A stretch of DNA of 64,000 bases from a bacterium (GTDB lineage: Bacteria > Actinomycetota > Thermoleophilia > Solirubrobacterales > 70-9), in NCBI GenBank assembly GCA_023251935.1, contig JAHEXV010000002.1:18720-82719 (forward strand). Direction: 5' to 3'. This document shows, in pieces, positions 26,349 through 36,129 of this stretch (position 1 is its first letter; each line of letters begins with the position of its first letter). Both the position numbers and the translations under genes were made by a program. Under the pieces are notes generated by a model. The model did no database searches and was not told the DNA's origin. It saw only the letters and a program-made list of their open reading frames with translations.

Positions 26349-29279
26349 TCAAACCGCCCGGGTCAGCTCGTCGAGGAGCTGGACCGCGTGCACGTACGGC
26401 TCCCCCGTCGCCCGCTCCATGCCGATCTCGCAGGTCCGGTTGCTGGACAGGTAGGCGTCGAAGGCTCCCGAGCCGACCTCCGCCGCCTCCTCGAGGGTCG
26501 CCGCCTCGGTCAGCTCGGGATGCAGGAAGCCACGGTCGCCGGCGAAGCCGCAGCAGGCCGCCGACGGCGGGATGTAGACCTCGTCGGCCAGCTCACCCGC
26601 CAGCGCCCTGAGCGGGCGATCGAGCCCGAGGTGGCTGCCGCCGCAGGTCGGGTGGATCGCCACCGAGTCCAGCCTGGCGCGGATCTCCAACCGCGGCAGG
26701 AGCCGGTCGCACGCCCACGAGACCGCGTCCACCACCTCGAGCTTCGCGTGACGCTCGCGGTTGGCGTCGCTGAGCGCCGCCGGGGCCTCGCCGAGGACGG
26801 CGTGGGTGCACGAGCTCGCGTCGATCACGGTCGGCAGGGCTCCCTGCTCCGACCACCGCCAAAGCGCCTCGACGATCCGGTTCGCGAGCCAGCCGTGCCC
26901 CCCCGAGTAGCCCTTCGAGGCCCAGGGCGTCCCGCAGCAATGCCCGGCGACGTCGGGCGGGATCCAGACCGGAAGCCCGGCGCGCTCCGACACCCCCACC
27001 AGGGCCTCCGGCAGGCTCAGCCCGGAGGGGCGCTGGTCGCGGGAAGTCCCGAAGATGCGGTTGATGCAGGCCGGCACGTAGATGCCCGCGGCTCCCTGGC
27101 GGTCGGTCTTCGGCAACCGGCCCGAGGCCGCCCGGGGCATCCCCGGCCCCCACTCCGGGATGACCTCCGGGCTGACCATGCTCCTCGCGGCGCGGGTGGC
27201 GCCGCGCAGCGGCGAGTCCCCGGTCACCCGCGACACGGCCGAGCCGAGCCGAAGCGCGCCGCGCGCCGCGCGCTCCACGGCCCGCCAGCGCTTTGCGGCT
27301 GCCAGGGCGAGCCGCTCGGCCTTCGCGCCGTGCTCGGCGCCGCGAAAGCCTTTGATCAGCTTCCCGGTGTCGATCCCCAGCGGGCAGGCGAGCATGCAGC
27401 TGCCGTCGGCGGCGCAGGTCTGGATCCCGTCGTACTCGTACTGGTCGAGCAGCGCGCGTTGCACCGGCGACCCGCCCGGCTGGCGGGCCATCTCGCGGCG
27501 GACGGCGATCCGCTGGCGCGGCGTGGTCGTCAACAGGCGGCTCGGGCAGACCGGCTCGCAGAACCCGCACTCGACGCAGGTGTCGGCCACCTGCTCGATC
27601 GGCGGGGTCGTCTTCAGGTCCCGGAGGTGGATCTCGGGGTCGCGATTGAGAACCACCCCGGGCGCCAGCACTCCGTCCGGGTCGGCCAGCCGCTTGACCC
27701 GCCACATCAGCTCGGTCGCCTTGGCCCCCCACTCCCGCTCGACGTAGGGGGCCATGTTGATCCCCGTCCCGTGCTCGGCCTTCAACGAGCCGTCGTACTT
27801 GTCGACGATCAGATCGACGAGCTCCCTCATGAACGCCTCGTAGCGGTCGCGTTCGGCGGCCTCGGAGAACTTCGGGGTCAGCATGAAGTGGAGGTTTCCC
27901 GCCGAGGCGTGCCCGGCGACCCCGGTCAAGAAGCCGTGCTTGGCGAGCAGCGCCTGGACATCGGTCGCCGACTCGGCGATTCGCTCCGGGGCGACGCAGA
28001 CGTCCTCGATGATCAGCGCCGTCCCCGGCGGACGGAGGCGGCCGACGATCCCGTGCATGCCCTCGCGAACCCGCCAGAAGACCTCGGTCAGCTCGGAGTC
28101 GCGCGTGAACTCGGGCCCACGCACGAGCTCGCGCCCGGCGAGCGTCTCCGCGGCCTTGGCCTCCATCGAGGCGAGGTCGCCCTCGTCGTCCGAGCGAAAC
28201 TCGATCAGCAGCGCGGCCGACCCGGGCGGAAGCTCGTGCCAGTAGGAGGGCGTCCCCGGAATCGAGTGGGCGGCGGCGATCAGCGCCGGCGCCACCATCA
28301 GCTCGACGGCGCTCGCCCCGGCCTGGACCAGATCCGGCACCGGGTCCGCGGCCCGCTCGATGTCCGCGAAGTGCACCCAGGTGGTCGTGGTCCGCGGCAG
28401 CAGCGGCACGGTCTCGAACACCGCCTCGGCGACGAAGGCCAGGGTGCCCTCCGAGCCGACCACCAGGCGTCGGAAGATCTCCAGCGGCGTCTCGGCGTCG
28501 AGGAAGGCACACAGCCGGTAGCCGGTCGTGTTCTTGATCCGGAACTTGCGGCGGATGCGATCCGCGAGCTCGGGATCGGCGCCGATCTGATCGCGAACCT
28601 CGACCAAGCCCCGGGCGAGCTGCGGCTCGAGCTCGGCGAATCTCCGCTCGGCGTCCGGGGCCTCGGTGTCGATCAGGGTCCCTGAGGCGAGCAGCAGGGT
28701 GAGCCCGCGGACCGTCGAGTACGAATCGTGCACGACCCCGCAGCGCATGCCGCCCGAGTTGTTGGCGATCACCCCGCCAACCGTCGCGAAGTCGGTGCTC
28801 GCCGGGTCGGGGCCGAGCTTGCGCCCGTGAGCCGCCAGCACCCGGTTCACGTGCCCCAGCGTCGTCCCGGGCCCGACCCGGGCCAGCGCCCCATCGGCCT
28901 CGACCGCCACCGCAGCGAAATGCCGCCGAACGTCGACCAGGATGCCGGCGCTCTGCCCCTGGCCGTTGAGGCTCGTCCCCGCGGAGCGGAAGGTGACCGG
29001 GATGCCGCTTCGGTGCGCGAAGCCCAGCGCCTTCGCCACGTCCTCGGTGTCATTGGCCATCACCACGGCCTGGGGAAAGAGGCGATAGGGGCTGGCGTCG
29101 GAGGCATAGCGGACCAGGTCGAGGGCGCGAGTCAGGACGCGGTCGGGGCCCAGCAGCGACTCGAGCTCGCCGCGAAGCGGCTGCGGGGTGCCGGCCGCGA
29201 CCCAGTCGGGAGCCCGGTCGTCGGTCGGCGCTTCGGCCTCGGGGGCGATCCGCAGCACGTCGGGCTCGAGCAAGGCCAT
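26349..29279 (-). CDS. Fused FAD-linked oxidase / Fe-S (CCG) oxidoreductase (GlcD-GlcF-like D-2-hydroxyacid dehydrogenase)
   Basis: FAD-binding PCMH region (VTFRSAGTSLNGQ), 4Fe-4S motifs CVECGFCEPVCP and CAADGSCMLACP, and C-terminal Cys-rich CCG-like repeats (CCG..., ACCGFAGDRGF). 976 aa. Confidence 0.85.
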   Translation of the reverse strand: MALLEPDVLRIAPEAEAPTDDRAPDWVAAGTPQPLRGELESLLGPDRVLTRALDLVRYASDASPYRLFPQAVVMANDTEDVAKALGFAHRSGIPVTFRSAGTSLNGQGQSAGILVDVRRHFAAVAVEADGALARVGPGTTLGHVNRVLAAHGRKLGPDPASTDFATVGGVIANNSGGMRCGVVHDSYSTVRGLTLLLASGTLIDTEAPDAERRFAELEPQLARGLVEVRDQIGADPELADRIRRKFRIKNTTGYRLCAFLDAETPLEIFRRLVVGSEGTLAFVAEAVFETVPLLPRTTTTWVHFADIERAADPVPDLVQAGASAVELMVAPALIAAAHSIPGTPSYWHELPPGSAALLIEFRSDDEGDLASMEAKAAETLAGRELVRGPEFTRDSELTEVFWRVREGMHGIVGRLRPPGTALIIEDVCVAPERIAESATDVQALLAKHGFLTGVAGHASAGNLHFMLTPKFSEAAERDRYEAFMRELVDLIVDKYDGSLKAEHGTGINMAPYVEREWGAKATELMWRVKRLADPDGVLAPGVVLNRDPEIHLRDLKTTPPIEQVADTCVECGFCEPVCPSRLLTTTPRQRIAVRREMARQPGGSPVQRALLDQYEYDGIQTCAADGSCMLACPLGIDTGKLIKGFRGAEHGAKAERLALAAAKRWRAVERAARGALRLGSAVSRVTGDSPLRGATRAARSMVSPEVIPEWGPGMPRAASGRLPKTDRQGAAGIYVPACINRIFGTSRDQRPSGLSLPEALVGVSERAGLPVWIPPDVAGHCCGTPWASKGYSGGHGWLANRIVEALWRWSEQGALPTVIDASSCTHAVLGEAPAALSDANRERHAKLEVVDAVSWACDRLLPRLEIRARLDSVAIHPTCGGSHLGLDRPLRALAGELADEVYIPPSAACCGFAGDRGFLHPELTEAATLEEAAEVGSGAFDAYLSSNRTCEIGMERATGEPYVHAVQLLDELTRAV

Positions 29280-29303
29280 CAGCTCCGAGCCCCAGCGGTC
29301 ATC

Positions 29304-30902
29304 TCAAAACAGGGCCATCCCGGGCGCGACTCCCACCTCGACCAGTTGCGGGCGCGACGAGGGGATCGCCGCGGACAGCGCCTCGCGGAGCTCGTCGCTT
29401 CCCGTCACCCGGCGCGCCTCGAGGCCGTAGCCGGACGCGATCGCGGCTGAGTCGAGCGCCGGCAGGTCGAGACCGGGGGCGCCACTCACCTGCTCGACCT
29501 CGGCGAACCACTTGAGGATCGAGTACTCCTCGTTTCGGAGCACCAGGAAGGTCACCGGCACCTGGTAGGCGACCGCCGACCAGAACGCGGTCACCGCGTA
29601 CTGCACCGAGCCCTCGCCCATCACGCAGACGACCGGGCGGCTCGGTTGTGCGAGCTGCACCCCGACCGCGGCGGCCAGGCCGAAGCCGAGGCCTCCGCCG
29701 GCGCCGAAGTAGTAGCTGCCGGGCCTGGAGAGGCGAAGCTGGTTGCGAAGCGCCAGGGTGCTCGAGGGAGACTCGAGCACCACGATCCCCTCGTCCGGGA
29801 AGACCTCGCCGAGCACCCCGTGGACGGTCGAGGGGCTCAAGGGATCCGCCTCGGGCGGCGCCTCGGCCGCCCCGAGCGGCTCGGGGACCGGCCGGTTGGA
29901 CTCGGGCACCTCGGCGAGCAGGGCTTCGAGCGCCAGCCTCGGATCGGCGACGATCGCATCGCCCATCGGTGCCCGCGCCGCCTCGTCCGGATCGCTCGTG
30001 ATCTGCACCAGCGAGGCGCCCTCGGGCAGCAGCGGGCCGGGGATGTAAGGGTAATAGGGAAACACCGAGCTGCCGACCACGAGCACCAGATCATGGCCCT
30101 CCACCATCTGGCCGAGCGGCCCGATCGCGGGCGGGAGGGTGCCGCGGAAGCTCGGGTGGCCCTCGGGAAAGCCGATCCTTCCGCCCCCGGGGGCGGGCGT
30201 CGCCCAGACGGGCAGGCGTTGGCGCTCGGCAAGGGCGACCACCGCCTCCCAGGCGCCGCTGGCGTCGACGTCAGGGCCGACGACGAGCATCGGGTTCGTC
30301 GCCTCGTCGAGCCGCCTGGCGAGCGACCGCACCGCCTCGGGCTCGGGGCCGGAGCGCCCCGTCACCGAGCGCTCGATCGTCTGCCGGACGTCGCCTTCGT
30401 CGACCTCCGCTCCCCAGTCGTCCATCGGCACCGAGACGAACACGGGGCCGCGCGGGAGCAGGGTCGCCATGCGGGTGGCCCGGGCGAGCGCCGCCGGGAC
30501 GTCGGCGGCGCGCGGTGGCTCGTAGCTCCACTTCACGAACGGATGCGGCAGCCGGGTCGCGTCGCGATTGGTCAGGTTCGCCTGCAGGGTGATCATCGCT
30601 CGGACCTGCTGGCCCGCGGTGATCACCAGTGGGGACTTGTTCGCCTGGGCGTTGAAGATCGCGCCCATTGCGTTGCCGACCCCCGGCGCCGTGTGGAGGT
30701 TGACCAGGGTGGGGCGCCCAGACGCCTGAGCGTAGCCGTCCGCCATCCCGACCACAACGGCCTCCTGGAGCCCGAGGACGTAGCTGAAGTCGTCGGGGAA
30801 CCCGTGCAGCATCGGCAGCTCGGTGGAGCCGGGGTTGCCGAACATCGTCGTCATCCCCTCGGCTCGAAAGAGCTCGTAGGCGGCTTCGCGAACCGTGATC
30901 AC
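29304..30902 (-). CDS. mdlC: Thiamine-diphosphate enzyme, benzoylformate decarboxylase-like
   Basis: MITVREAAYELFRAEGMTTMFGNPGSTELPML and ThDP motif GEGSVQYAVTAFWSA...LVLRNEEY. GTG start at 30900-30902. Confidence 0.82.
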   Translation of the reverse strand: MITVREAAYELFRAEGMTTMFGNPGSTELPMLHGFPDDFSYVLGLQEAVVVGMADGYAQASGRPTLVNLHTAPGVGNAMGAIFNAQANKSPLVITAGQQVRAMITLQANLTNRDATRLPHPFVKWSYEPPRAADVPAALARATRMATLLPRGPVFVSVPMDDWGAEVDEGDVRQTIERSVTGRSGPEPEAVRSLARRLDEATNPMLVVGPDVDASGAWEAVVALAERQRLPVWATPAPGGGRIGFPEGHPSFRGTLPPAIGPLGQMVEGHDLVLVVGSSVFPYYPYIPGPLLPEGASLVQITSDPDEAARAPMGDAIVADPRLALEALLAEVPESNRPVPEPLGAAEAPPEADPLSPSTVHGVLGEVFPDEGIVVLESPSSTLALRNQLRLSRPGSYYFGAGGGLGFGLAAAVGVQLAQPSRPVVCVMGEGSVQYAVTAFWSAVAYQVPVTFLVLRNEEYSILKWFAEVEQVSGAPGLDLPALDSAAIASGYGLEARRVTGSDELREALSAAIPSSRPQLVEVGVAPGMALF

Positions 30903-30976
30903 CGCGGCGCCAACCTATATGAGCGCGGCCGCCCGCGTCTGTGGCGCGCCGCAACCCCTTCACTAGACTCGGCGGA

Positions 30977-31690
30977 GTGAGCCACGAGCAGGCGACTGTC
31001 GCGGAGGAGGAGTACCTCCAGATCATGTTCTGGCTCGAGGAGGCCGGCCTGCCGATCACCGGCGCCAACATCGCCCGCGCGATGCAGCTCTCCGCTCCCA
31101 CCGTTCACGAGATGATCGGCCGACTGGAGCGGGACGGGTACGTGGAGCGCCTCTCCGACAAGTCGCTCGCCTTCACCGCCGACGGGCGCGACCACGCCAA
31201 GGCGATCGTCACCCGCCACCGCCTGATCGAGCGCTTCCTGACCGACGTCCTCGGGGTGCCGTGGGACGAAGTCCACGAGGAGGCCGAGCGGCTCGAGCAC
31301 GCGATGTCACCGGTGCTCGAGGAGCGGATGCTGGCGGCGATCGGCGACGCCAAGACCTGCCCCCACGGGCACCCGATCGTCGAGGGAGCGCGCGAGCAGG
31401 GAGCCCTGCTCGCCGACGTCGAGCCGGGGGCCAGCGTGCTCGTGCTGCGGTTCGAGAACGAGGCGGAGGAGATCCTCCACTACCTGAAGGAAGCCGGGCT
31501 GCGGCCGGGGCTCGACGGGACCCTGGAGCACTCCGACGCGCAGGAGGTCGTGCTCAGCTCGGGCGATGGCCGGCACGCAGTCTCGCGCAGCGTCGCCGAG
31601 ACGGTGTCGGTGCGGGCCGACCCGTCGCCCGATCCGCGCCCGCCGCTCCCCGAGCAGCTCGAGCTGAGCTCGGATCGCTACGGGCGCTAA
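30977..31690 (+). CDS. DtxR/IdeR/MntR-family metal-dependent regulator
   Basis: EEEYLQIMFWLEEAG...ANIARAMQLSAPTVHEMIGRLERDGYV (wHTH), metal-site region RHRLIERFL...EEAERLEH and CPHGHPI. GTG at 30977 is preceded by GGCGGAG; the track start 30941 is an alternative. Confidence 0.85.
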   Translation: MSHEQATVAEEEYLQIMFWLEEAGLPITGANIARAMQLSAPTVHEMIGRLERDGYVERLSDKSLAFTADGRDHAKAIVTRHRLIERFLTDVLGVPWDEVHEEAERLEHAMSPVLEERMLAAIGDAKTCPHGHPIVEGAREQGALLADVEPGASVLVLRFENEAEEILHYLKEAGLRPGLDGTLEHSDAQEVVLSSGDGRHAVSRSVAETVSVRADPSPDPRPPLPEQLELSSDRYGR

Positions 31691-31697
31691 GCGCGCC

Positions 31698-31895
31698 TCA
31701 GGCCTCGCCGCAGATCTGGCGCAGTCGCCGGTAGAGAGCCTGGTCCTGGGCCCGCATCGCGTACTCGCGGCGCCGCACCGACGCCTCGTGCTGGCGCACC
31801 GCCGCCGCCAGGGCGGAGAATCGCCGCTCGGCGAGGTTGCGCTCGCCGACCGGGTCCAGCTTCCGGGATCCCTCGACCATCGTGATCGGAGCCAT
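31698..31895 (-). CDS. Small conserved-looking hypothetical protein (65 aa)
   Basis: Strong GGAGGTGA Shine-Dalgarno 6 nt before the ATG. High G/C at third codon positions. Predicted helical, Arg/Ala/Gln-rich. Confidence 0.6.
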   Translation of the reverse strand: MAPITMVEGSRKLDPVGERNLAERRFSALAAAVRQHEASVRRREYAMRAQDQALYRRLRQICGEA

Positions 31896-31997
31896 CGTTG
31901 CTCACCTCCAGTGCCTGTCGCCTCGACTCGTCAATTGCCTCGCCCGAGGCTAGGGGAGGGCGGTAAGCGGCGTGTAACGCCGAGGTAAAAAGTTGGC

Positions 31998-33098
31998 TCA
32001 GGCGGGGCTTGCGGCGCGGATCCGCTCGAGCGCCCGGCAGATCCGCGCGACGCCCTCCCCGATCAGCTCGGCGGGCACGCTGGCGAACGAGAGCCGCAGG
32101 CTCGACCGTCCGCCGTCGAGCATGAAGTCAGGGCCGGCGACGAACGCGACGCCCTCCTCCCGCGCCGCCGAGAGCAGCTCGGCGGAGTCGGCGTCGTGGC
32201 CGAGCGTCAGCCAGAGGAAGTAGCCACCGCCCGGGACCACGAACTCGGCCTCGGGGAGCTGCTCCCGAAGCGCGCCGACCAGCGCGTCGCGGCGCTCGCG
32301 CAGCGCCCCCTTGACGAAGGCGATGTTCTCGTCGAGCGCCCCAGAGCGACAGAGCTCCCAGACGATCGACTCGGCGAGCATGTTCGGCGATATATAGACC
32401 TCGCTCGCCCGCTTGGCGAGCTTGCCGATCTCCTCGGCGGGTCCCGCGAGGTAGCCGACCCGGACGCCCGGGCTCACCGTCTTCGAGAACGACGACGCGT
32501 AGATCACCCGATCGGAGCCGTCCAGCGACAGCATGGTCGGCGACGGTACCTCCTCGAAGGAGAGCTCCCGATAGGGGTCGTCCTCGAAGATCCGGAAGCC
32601 GAGCTCAGCGGCGAGCTCGACCAGGCGCTCTCGTTTGGGCGCTGAGAGCGTGCACCCCGCCGGGTTGTGAAAGTTCGGGATCGCGTGCACGAGGGTGGCC
32701 GGCTGCTCGCGCACCGCGGCCTCGAGCTGCTCGACGTCGAGGCCGTCCGCCGCAAGCGCGACCCCCACCCGCTCGGCGCCGAGTCGCTCCAGGAGCAGCA
32801 GGGTGCGGTCGTAGGAGGGCTGCTCGACGATCACCCGATCGCCCGCGCCCACGAGGTGCTGGAAGAGCATCGCTCCCGCCTCCAGGGACCCGTTGGTGAC
32901 CATCACCTGGGCGGGCTCCAGCTCGTGGCGCTCGGCGATCCATTCCCGCAGCCCGGGATGCCCGACGCCGGTGCCGTAGGACAGAGCCCGCTGCCAGTCG
33001 TCGGCGAGCGCCCGACCCGCCGCCTCCCGCACCGCCTCGACGGGCAGGATGTCGGCGCTCGGTGCGCCGCGGGCGAAGCTGATCACCTCGGCGGCCAT
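31998..33098 (-). CDS. Class I/II PLP-dependent aminotransferase (2-aminoadipate/aromatic transaminase-like)
   Basis: ISFARGAPSADILP, NFHNPAG and the Lys region YASSFSKTVSPGVRVGY. 366 aa. Confidence 0.85.
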   Translation of the reverse strand: MAAEVISFARGAPSADILPVEAVREAAGRALADDWQRALSYGTGVGHPGLREWIAERHELEPAQVMVTNGSLEAGAMLFQHLVGAGDRVIVEQPSYDRTLLLLERLGAERVGVALAADGLDVEQLEAAVREQPATLVHAIPNFHNPAGCTLSAPKRERLVELAAELGFRIFEDDPYRELSFEEVPSPTMLSLDGSDRVIYASSFSKTVSPGVRVGYLAGPAEEIGKLAKRASEVYISPNMLAESIVWELCRSGALDENIAFVKGALRERRDALVGALREQLPEAEFVVPGGGYFLWLTLGHDADSAELLSAAREEGVAFVAGPDFMLDGGRSSLRLSFASVPAELIGEGVARICRALERIRAASPA

Positions 33099-33157
33099 GC
33101 GGCGAGTATAGGAACGCTGCGAGTCATGGACAACTACCCGATGGTCATCTCGCTGGG

Positions 33158-33204
33158 TCCGTTGTCGCCTTACTCGGCCTCAGGCCGAGTTATCCGACAA
33201 CGGA
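33158..33204 (-). terminator. Compound hairpin downstream of sucD
   Basis: Outer stem TCCGTTGTCG/CGACAACGGA enclosing inner stem ACTCGGCCT/AGGCCGAGT. Starts 40 nt past the sucD stop. Confidence 0.45.
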
Positions 33205-33243
33205 CGGTCGGGGTCCCTATCCAGCCCGTTTACGCCACACCAA

Positions 33244-34122
33244 CTACGCCCGGGCGCCGATCGCGGCGACGGCGAGCTGGGCGGCCTCGGTCGGCGAGCG
33301 CCCGACCCGCACGCCGCGCGCCTCGAGCGCCTCCTTCTTCGCCTCGGCGGTGCCGGAAGAGCCGGAGATGATCGCCCCGGCGTGGCCCATCTGCTTGCCG
33401 GGCGGGGCGGTGAACCCGGCGATGTAGGCGACCACCGGCTTGGTGACCCGCTCGGCGATGAAGTCCGCCGCGCGCTCCTCGGCGTCGCCGCCGATCTCCC
33501 CCACCATCACGATCAGCTCGGTCTCGGGGTCCTCCTCGAACAGGGTCAGGATGTCGATGAAGTCCGAGCCGATGATCGGGTCGCCGCCGATCCCGACGAT
33601 CGAGGAGTTGCCGGCGCCCGCTTGCTTGAGCTCGTTGCCGATCTGGTAGGTGAGGGTGCCCGACTTCGAGACCACACCGATCGAGCCCGGCTCGAAGAAC
33701 TGGGCGGGGATGATGCCCACGTTCGACTTCCCAGGCGACAGGGCCCCGGGGCAGTTGGGGCCGATTAGGCGCACGCCGGCCTCCTTCGCCTGCCAGTAGA
33801 CGCGCAGCATGTCGTGGACCGGAATCCCCTCGGTGATCGCGATCACCGTGTGCACCCCGGCCTCGATCGCCTCGCCGATCGCCCCGGCGGCGAAGCGCGC
33901 CGGAACGAAGATCATCGACGTGTTCGCGCCCCGTTCGGAGACCGCCTCGGCGGCCTTCTCGAAGATCGGGATCCCCTCGACGTCCTGGCCCCCCTTGCCC
34001 GGCGTCACCCCGGCGACCACCTCGGTGCCGTAGTCGCGGTTGCGCAGCCCGTGAAAGCTGCCCTCCCGGCCGGTCAGGCCGCTGATCACGAGCTTGGTCT
34101 GTTCGTCGACGATGATGGCCAT
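33244..34122 (-). CDS. sucD: Succinyl-CoA synthetase alpha subunit
   Basis: MAIIVDEQTKLVISGLTGREGSFH... and phosphohistidine loop MGHAGAII. ATG 34120-34122 overlaps the sucC stop (ATGA). Confidence 0.95.
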   Translation of the reverse strand: MAIIVDEQTKLVISGLTGREGSFHGLRNRDYGTEVVAGVTPGKGGQDVEGIPIFEKAAEAVSERGANTSMIFVPARFAAGAIGEAIEAGVHTVIAITEGIPVHDMLRVYWQAKEAGVRLIGPNCPGALSPGKSNVGIIPAQFFEPGSIGVVSKSGTLTYQIGNELKQAGAGNSSIVGIGGDPIIGSDFIDILTLFEEDPETELIVMVGEIGGDAEERAADFIAERVTKPVVAYIAGFTAPPGKQMGHAGAIISGSSGTAEAKKEALEARGVRVGRSPTEAAQLAVAAIGARA

Positions 34123-35264
34123 CAGGCGTTGGCTAGCTCCACGACCCGCTCGGCCGCGCCGAGCATCGTCTTCTCCACGTGGAGGTCCGGCAGGTCGGCG
34201 TCGGCCAGCAGCCCCAGCCCCTGCTCGGAGTTGGTGCCGTCGAGACGGACCACCAGAGGGACGTCGATCGCGGTCTTGGCCGAGGCGTCGATGATCCCCT
34301 TGGCGATCTCGTCGCAGCGGGTGATGCCGCCGAAGATGTTGAACAGGATCGCGCTGACGTTGTCGTCCGAGGTGATCACCTCGAGGGCGTCCACGATCGC
34401 CTCCGCCTTCGAGCCCCCGCCGGCGTCGAGGAAGTTCGCGGGCTTGCCGCCCGCCTGAGCGACCACGTCCAGCGTCGACATGCACAGCCCGGCCCCGTTG
34501 CCGAGGATGCCGACGTTTCCGCCCAGCTTGACGTAGGTCAGCCCCTTCTCCTCCGCCATCCTCTCCTGCGGATCCTCGGCCGAGCGATCCCGCAGCTCGG
34601 CCAGTCCCTCATGCCTGTAGAGGGCGCTGTTGTCGATCGTGATCTTCGAGTCCAGGGCGACAACCTGTCGGTCGGAGGTGACGATCAGCGGGTTGACCTC
34701 GATCAGGGTCGCGTCCTCGGCCAGGGCCGCCTCGTGCAGCTTGAGCAGCAGCTCGCCCACCTGGCCGGTGACGTCCTCGTCGATCCGGGCATCGATCGCC
34801 AGCTGGGCGGCGGCCTCGGCGGTGAGCTCCTCGCCGGGCTCGATGTGTCGCCGGACGAGGGCCGAGGGGTCCGTCTCGGCGATCTCCTCGATGTCCATGC
34901 CTCCCATCCGGGAGAGCATTGCCAGCAGCTTCTTCTCGGAGCGGTCGAGGATGATCGACGCGTAGTACTCGGCGTCGATCTTCGAGGCGGCCTCCACCCA
35001 GACCTCGTGGACGGTGTAGCCCCGGATGTCCATGCCCAGGATCGTCTCGGCGTGCTTGAGCGCCTCAGCGCGATCGTTGGCGATCTTGATCCCACCCGCC
35101 TTGCCGCGCTTGCCGATCCGCACCTGCGCCTTGATCACGCACGGGTAGCCGACCTCCTCGGCCCCCTGAACGGCGGCGGGGACGGTGTCCGCGTGGCGCC
35201 CGGGGGGAACCTGCACGCCGTGCTTGGCGAGCAGCTGCTTGCCCTGGTACTCGAGCAGGTCCAT
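34122..35264 (-). CDS. sucC: Succinyl-CoA synthetase beta subunit
   Basis: MDLLEYQGKQLLAKHGVQVP, VIKAQVRIGKRGKAGGI and GNVGILGNGAGL. Start trimmed to ATG 35262-35264. Confidence 0.95.
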   Translation of the reverse strand: MDLLEYQGKQLLAKHGVQVPPGRHADTVPAAVQGAEEVGYPCVIKAQVRIGKRGKAGGIKIANDRAEALKHAETILGMDIRGYTVHEVWVEAASKIDAEYYASIILDRSEKKLLAMLSRMGGMDIEEIAETDPSALVRRHIEPGEELTAEAAAQLAIDARIDEDVTGQVGELLLKLHEAALAEDATLIEVNPLIVTSDRQVVALDSKITIDNSALYRHEGLAELRDRSAEDPQERMAEEKGLTYVKLGGNVGILGNGAGLCMSTLDVVAQAGGKPANFLDAGGGSKAEAIVDALEVITSDDNVSAILFNIFGGITRCDEIAKGIIDASAKTAIDVPLVVRLDGTNSEQGLGLLADADLPDLHVEKTMLGAAERVVELANA

Positions 35265-35445
35265 CAGGGAGCGGCGGCCAGGCGCTTGGGCATCAGGCGC
35301 GGCGCAGCCTACCCCAAGGCCGCCGAGGCCGGCTGGGCGTCGGCGCTCATCCCGATCGCTCGCCGACGGGAGAAATGTGCCGCTTGCCATAATCTCGCGC
35401 CCCCCGCCCGCACGGAGCCGCGACGGGAAGTCCGAATTCCCACTC

Positions 35446-36129
35446 ATGCCGCTACCGAAGCTCAAGGACATCAACTGGGTCACTACCGACTGCTACGGAA
35501 CCCTGATCGACTGGGAGAAGGGGATCCTCGACGCCTTCTCCAAGGAAGCCGAACGGGACGGCTTCAGCTTCGAAGAGGGGCCGTTCCTCGCCCGCTTCTA
35601 CGAGATCCAGGCGGAGATCATTCGCGGCTCCTACGAGCTCTACGCCGAGGTCCTGCGCCGCGCCACCGTGCGAGCGGCGAAGGAGATCGGCTGGGAACTG
35701 GAGCCTTCGCGCGCCCAGTTCCTGCCCGACAGCGTCGCCCGGTGGCTGCCGTTCCGCGAGGCAAACGCCGCCATGGACCGCCTCTCGAAGCGCTACGAGG
35801 TCGGGATCGTCTCCAACATCGACGACAAGCTGCTCGGCGTATCGCGGCGCCACCTTCGCACCGAGCTGGACCTGGTGGTGACGGCGCAACAGGTCCGGAG
35901 CTACAAGCCGGACCCCGCCCACTTCAAGGAGTGCGCGCGGCGGATCGGCGGCAAGAGGGGCTGGGTCCACATCGGCAGCGGCTACGACACTGACGTCGCC
36001 CCGGTCCTGAAGATGAACGTGCCGGTGATCTGGGTCAACCGCAGCGGCGAGAAGCTCGAAGGGCGCAAGCCGCCAACCGCGACGGTCAAGAACTTCCGCG
36101 AGGCGGCCAAGAGGCTTGGCGCCGGCTGA
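35446..36129 (+). CDS. HAD-superfamily hydrolase, type II haloacid dehalogenase-like
   Basis: Motif I TTDCYGTLIDWE, SN, and SYKPDP (motif III Lys). Start trimmed to ATG 35446. Confidence 0.8.
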   Translation: MPLPKLKDINWVTTDCYGTLIDWEKGILDAFSKEAERDGFSFEEGPFLARFYEIQAEIIRGSYELYAEVLRRATVRAAKEIGWELEPSRAQFLPDSVARWLPFREANAAMDRLSKRYEVGIVSNIDDKLLGVSRRHLRTELDLVVTAQQVRSYKPDPAHFKECARRIGGKRGWVHIGSGYDTDVAPVLKMNVPVIWVNRSGEKLEGRKPPTATVKNFREAAKRLGAG

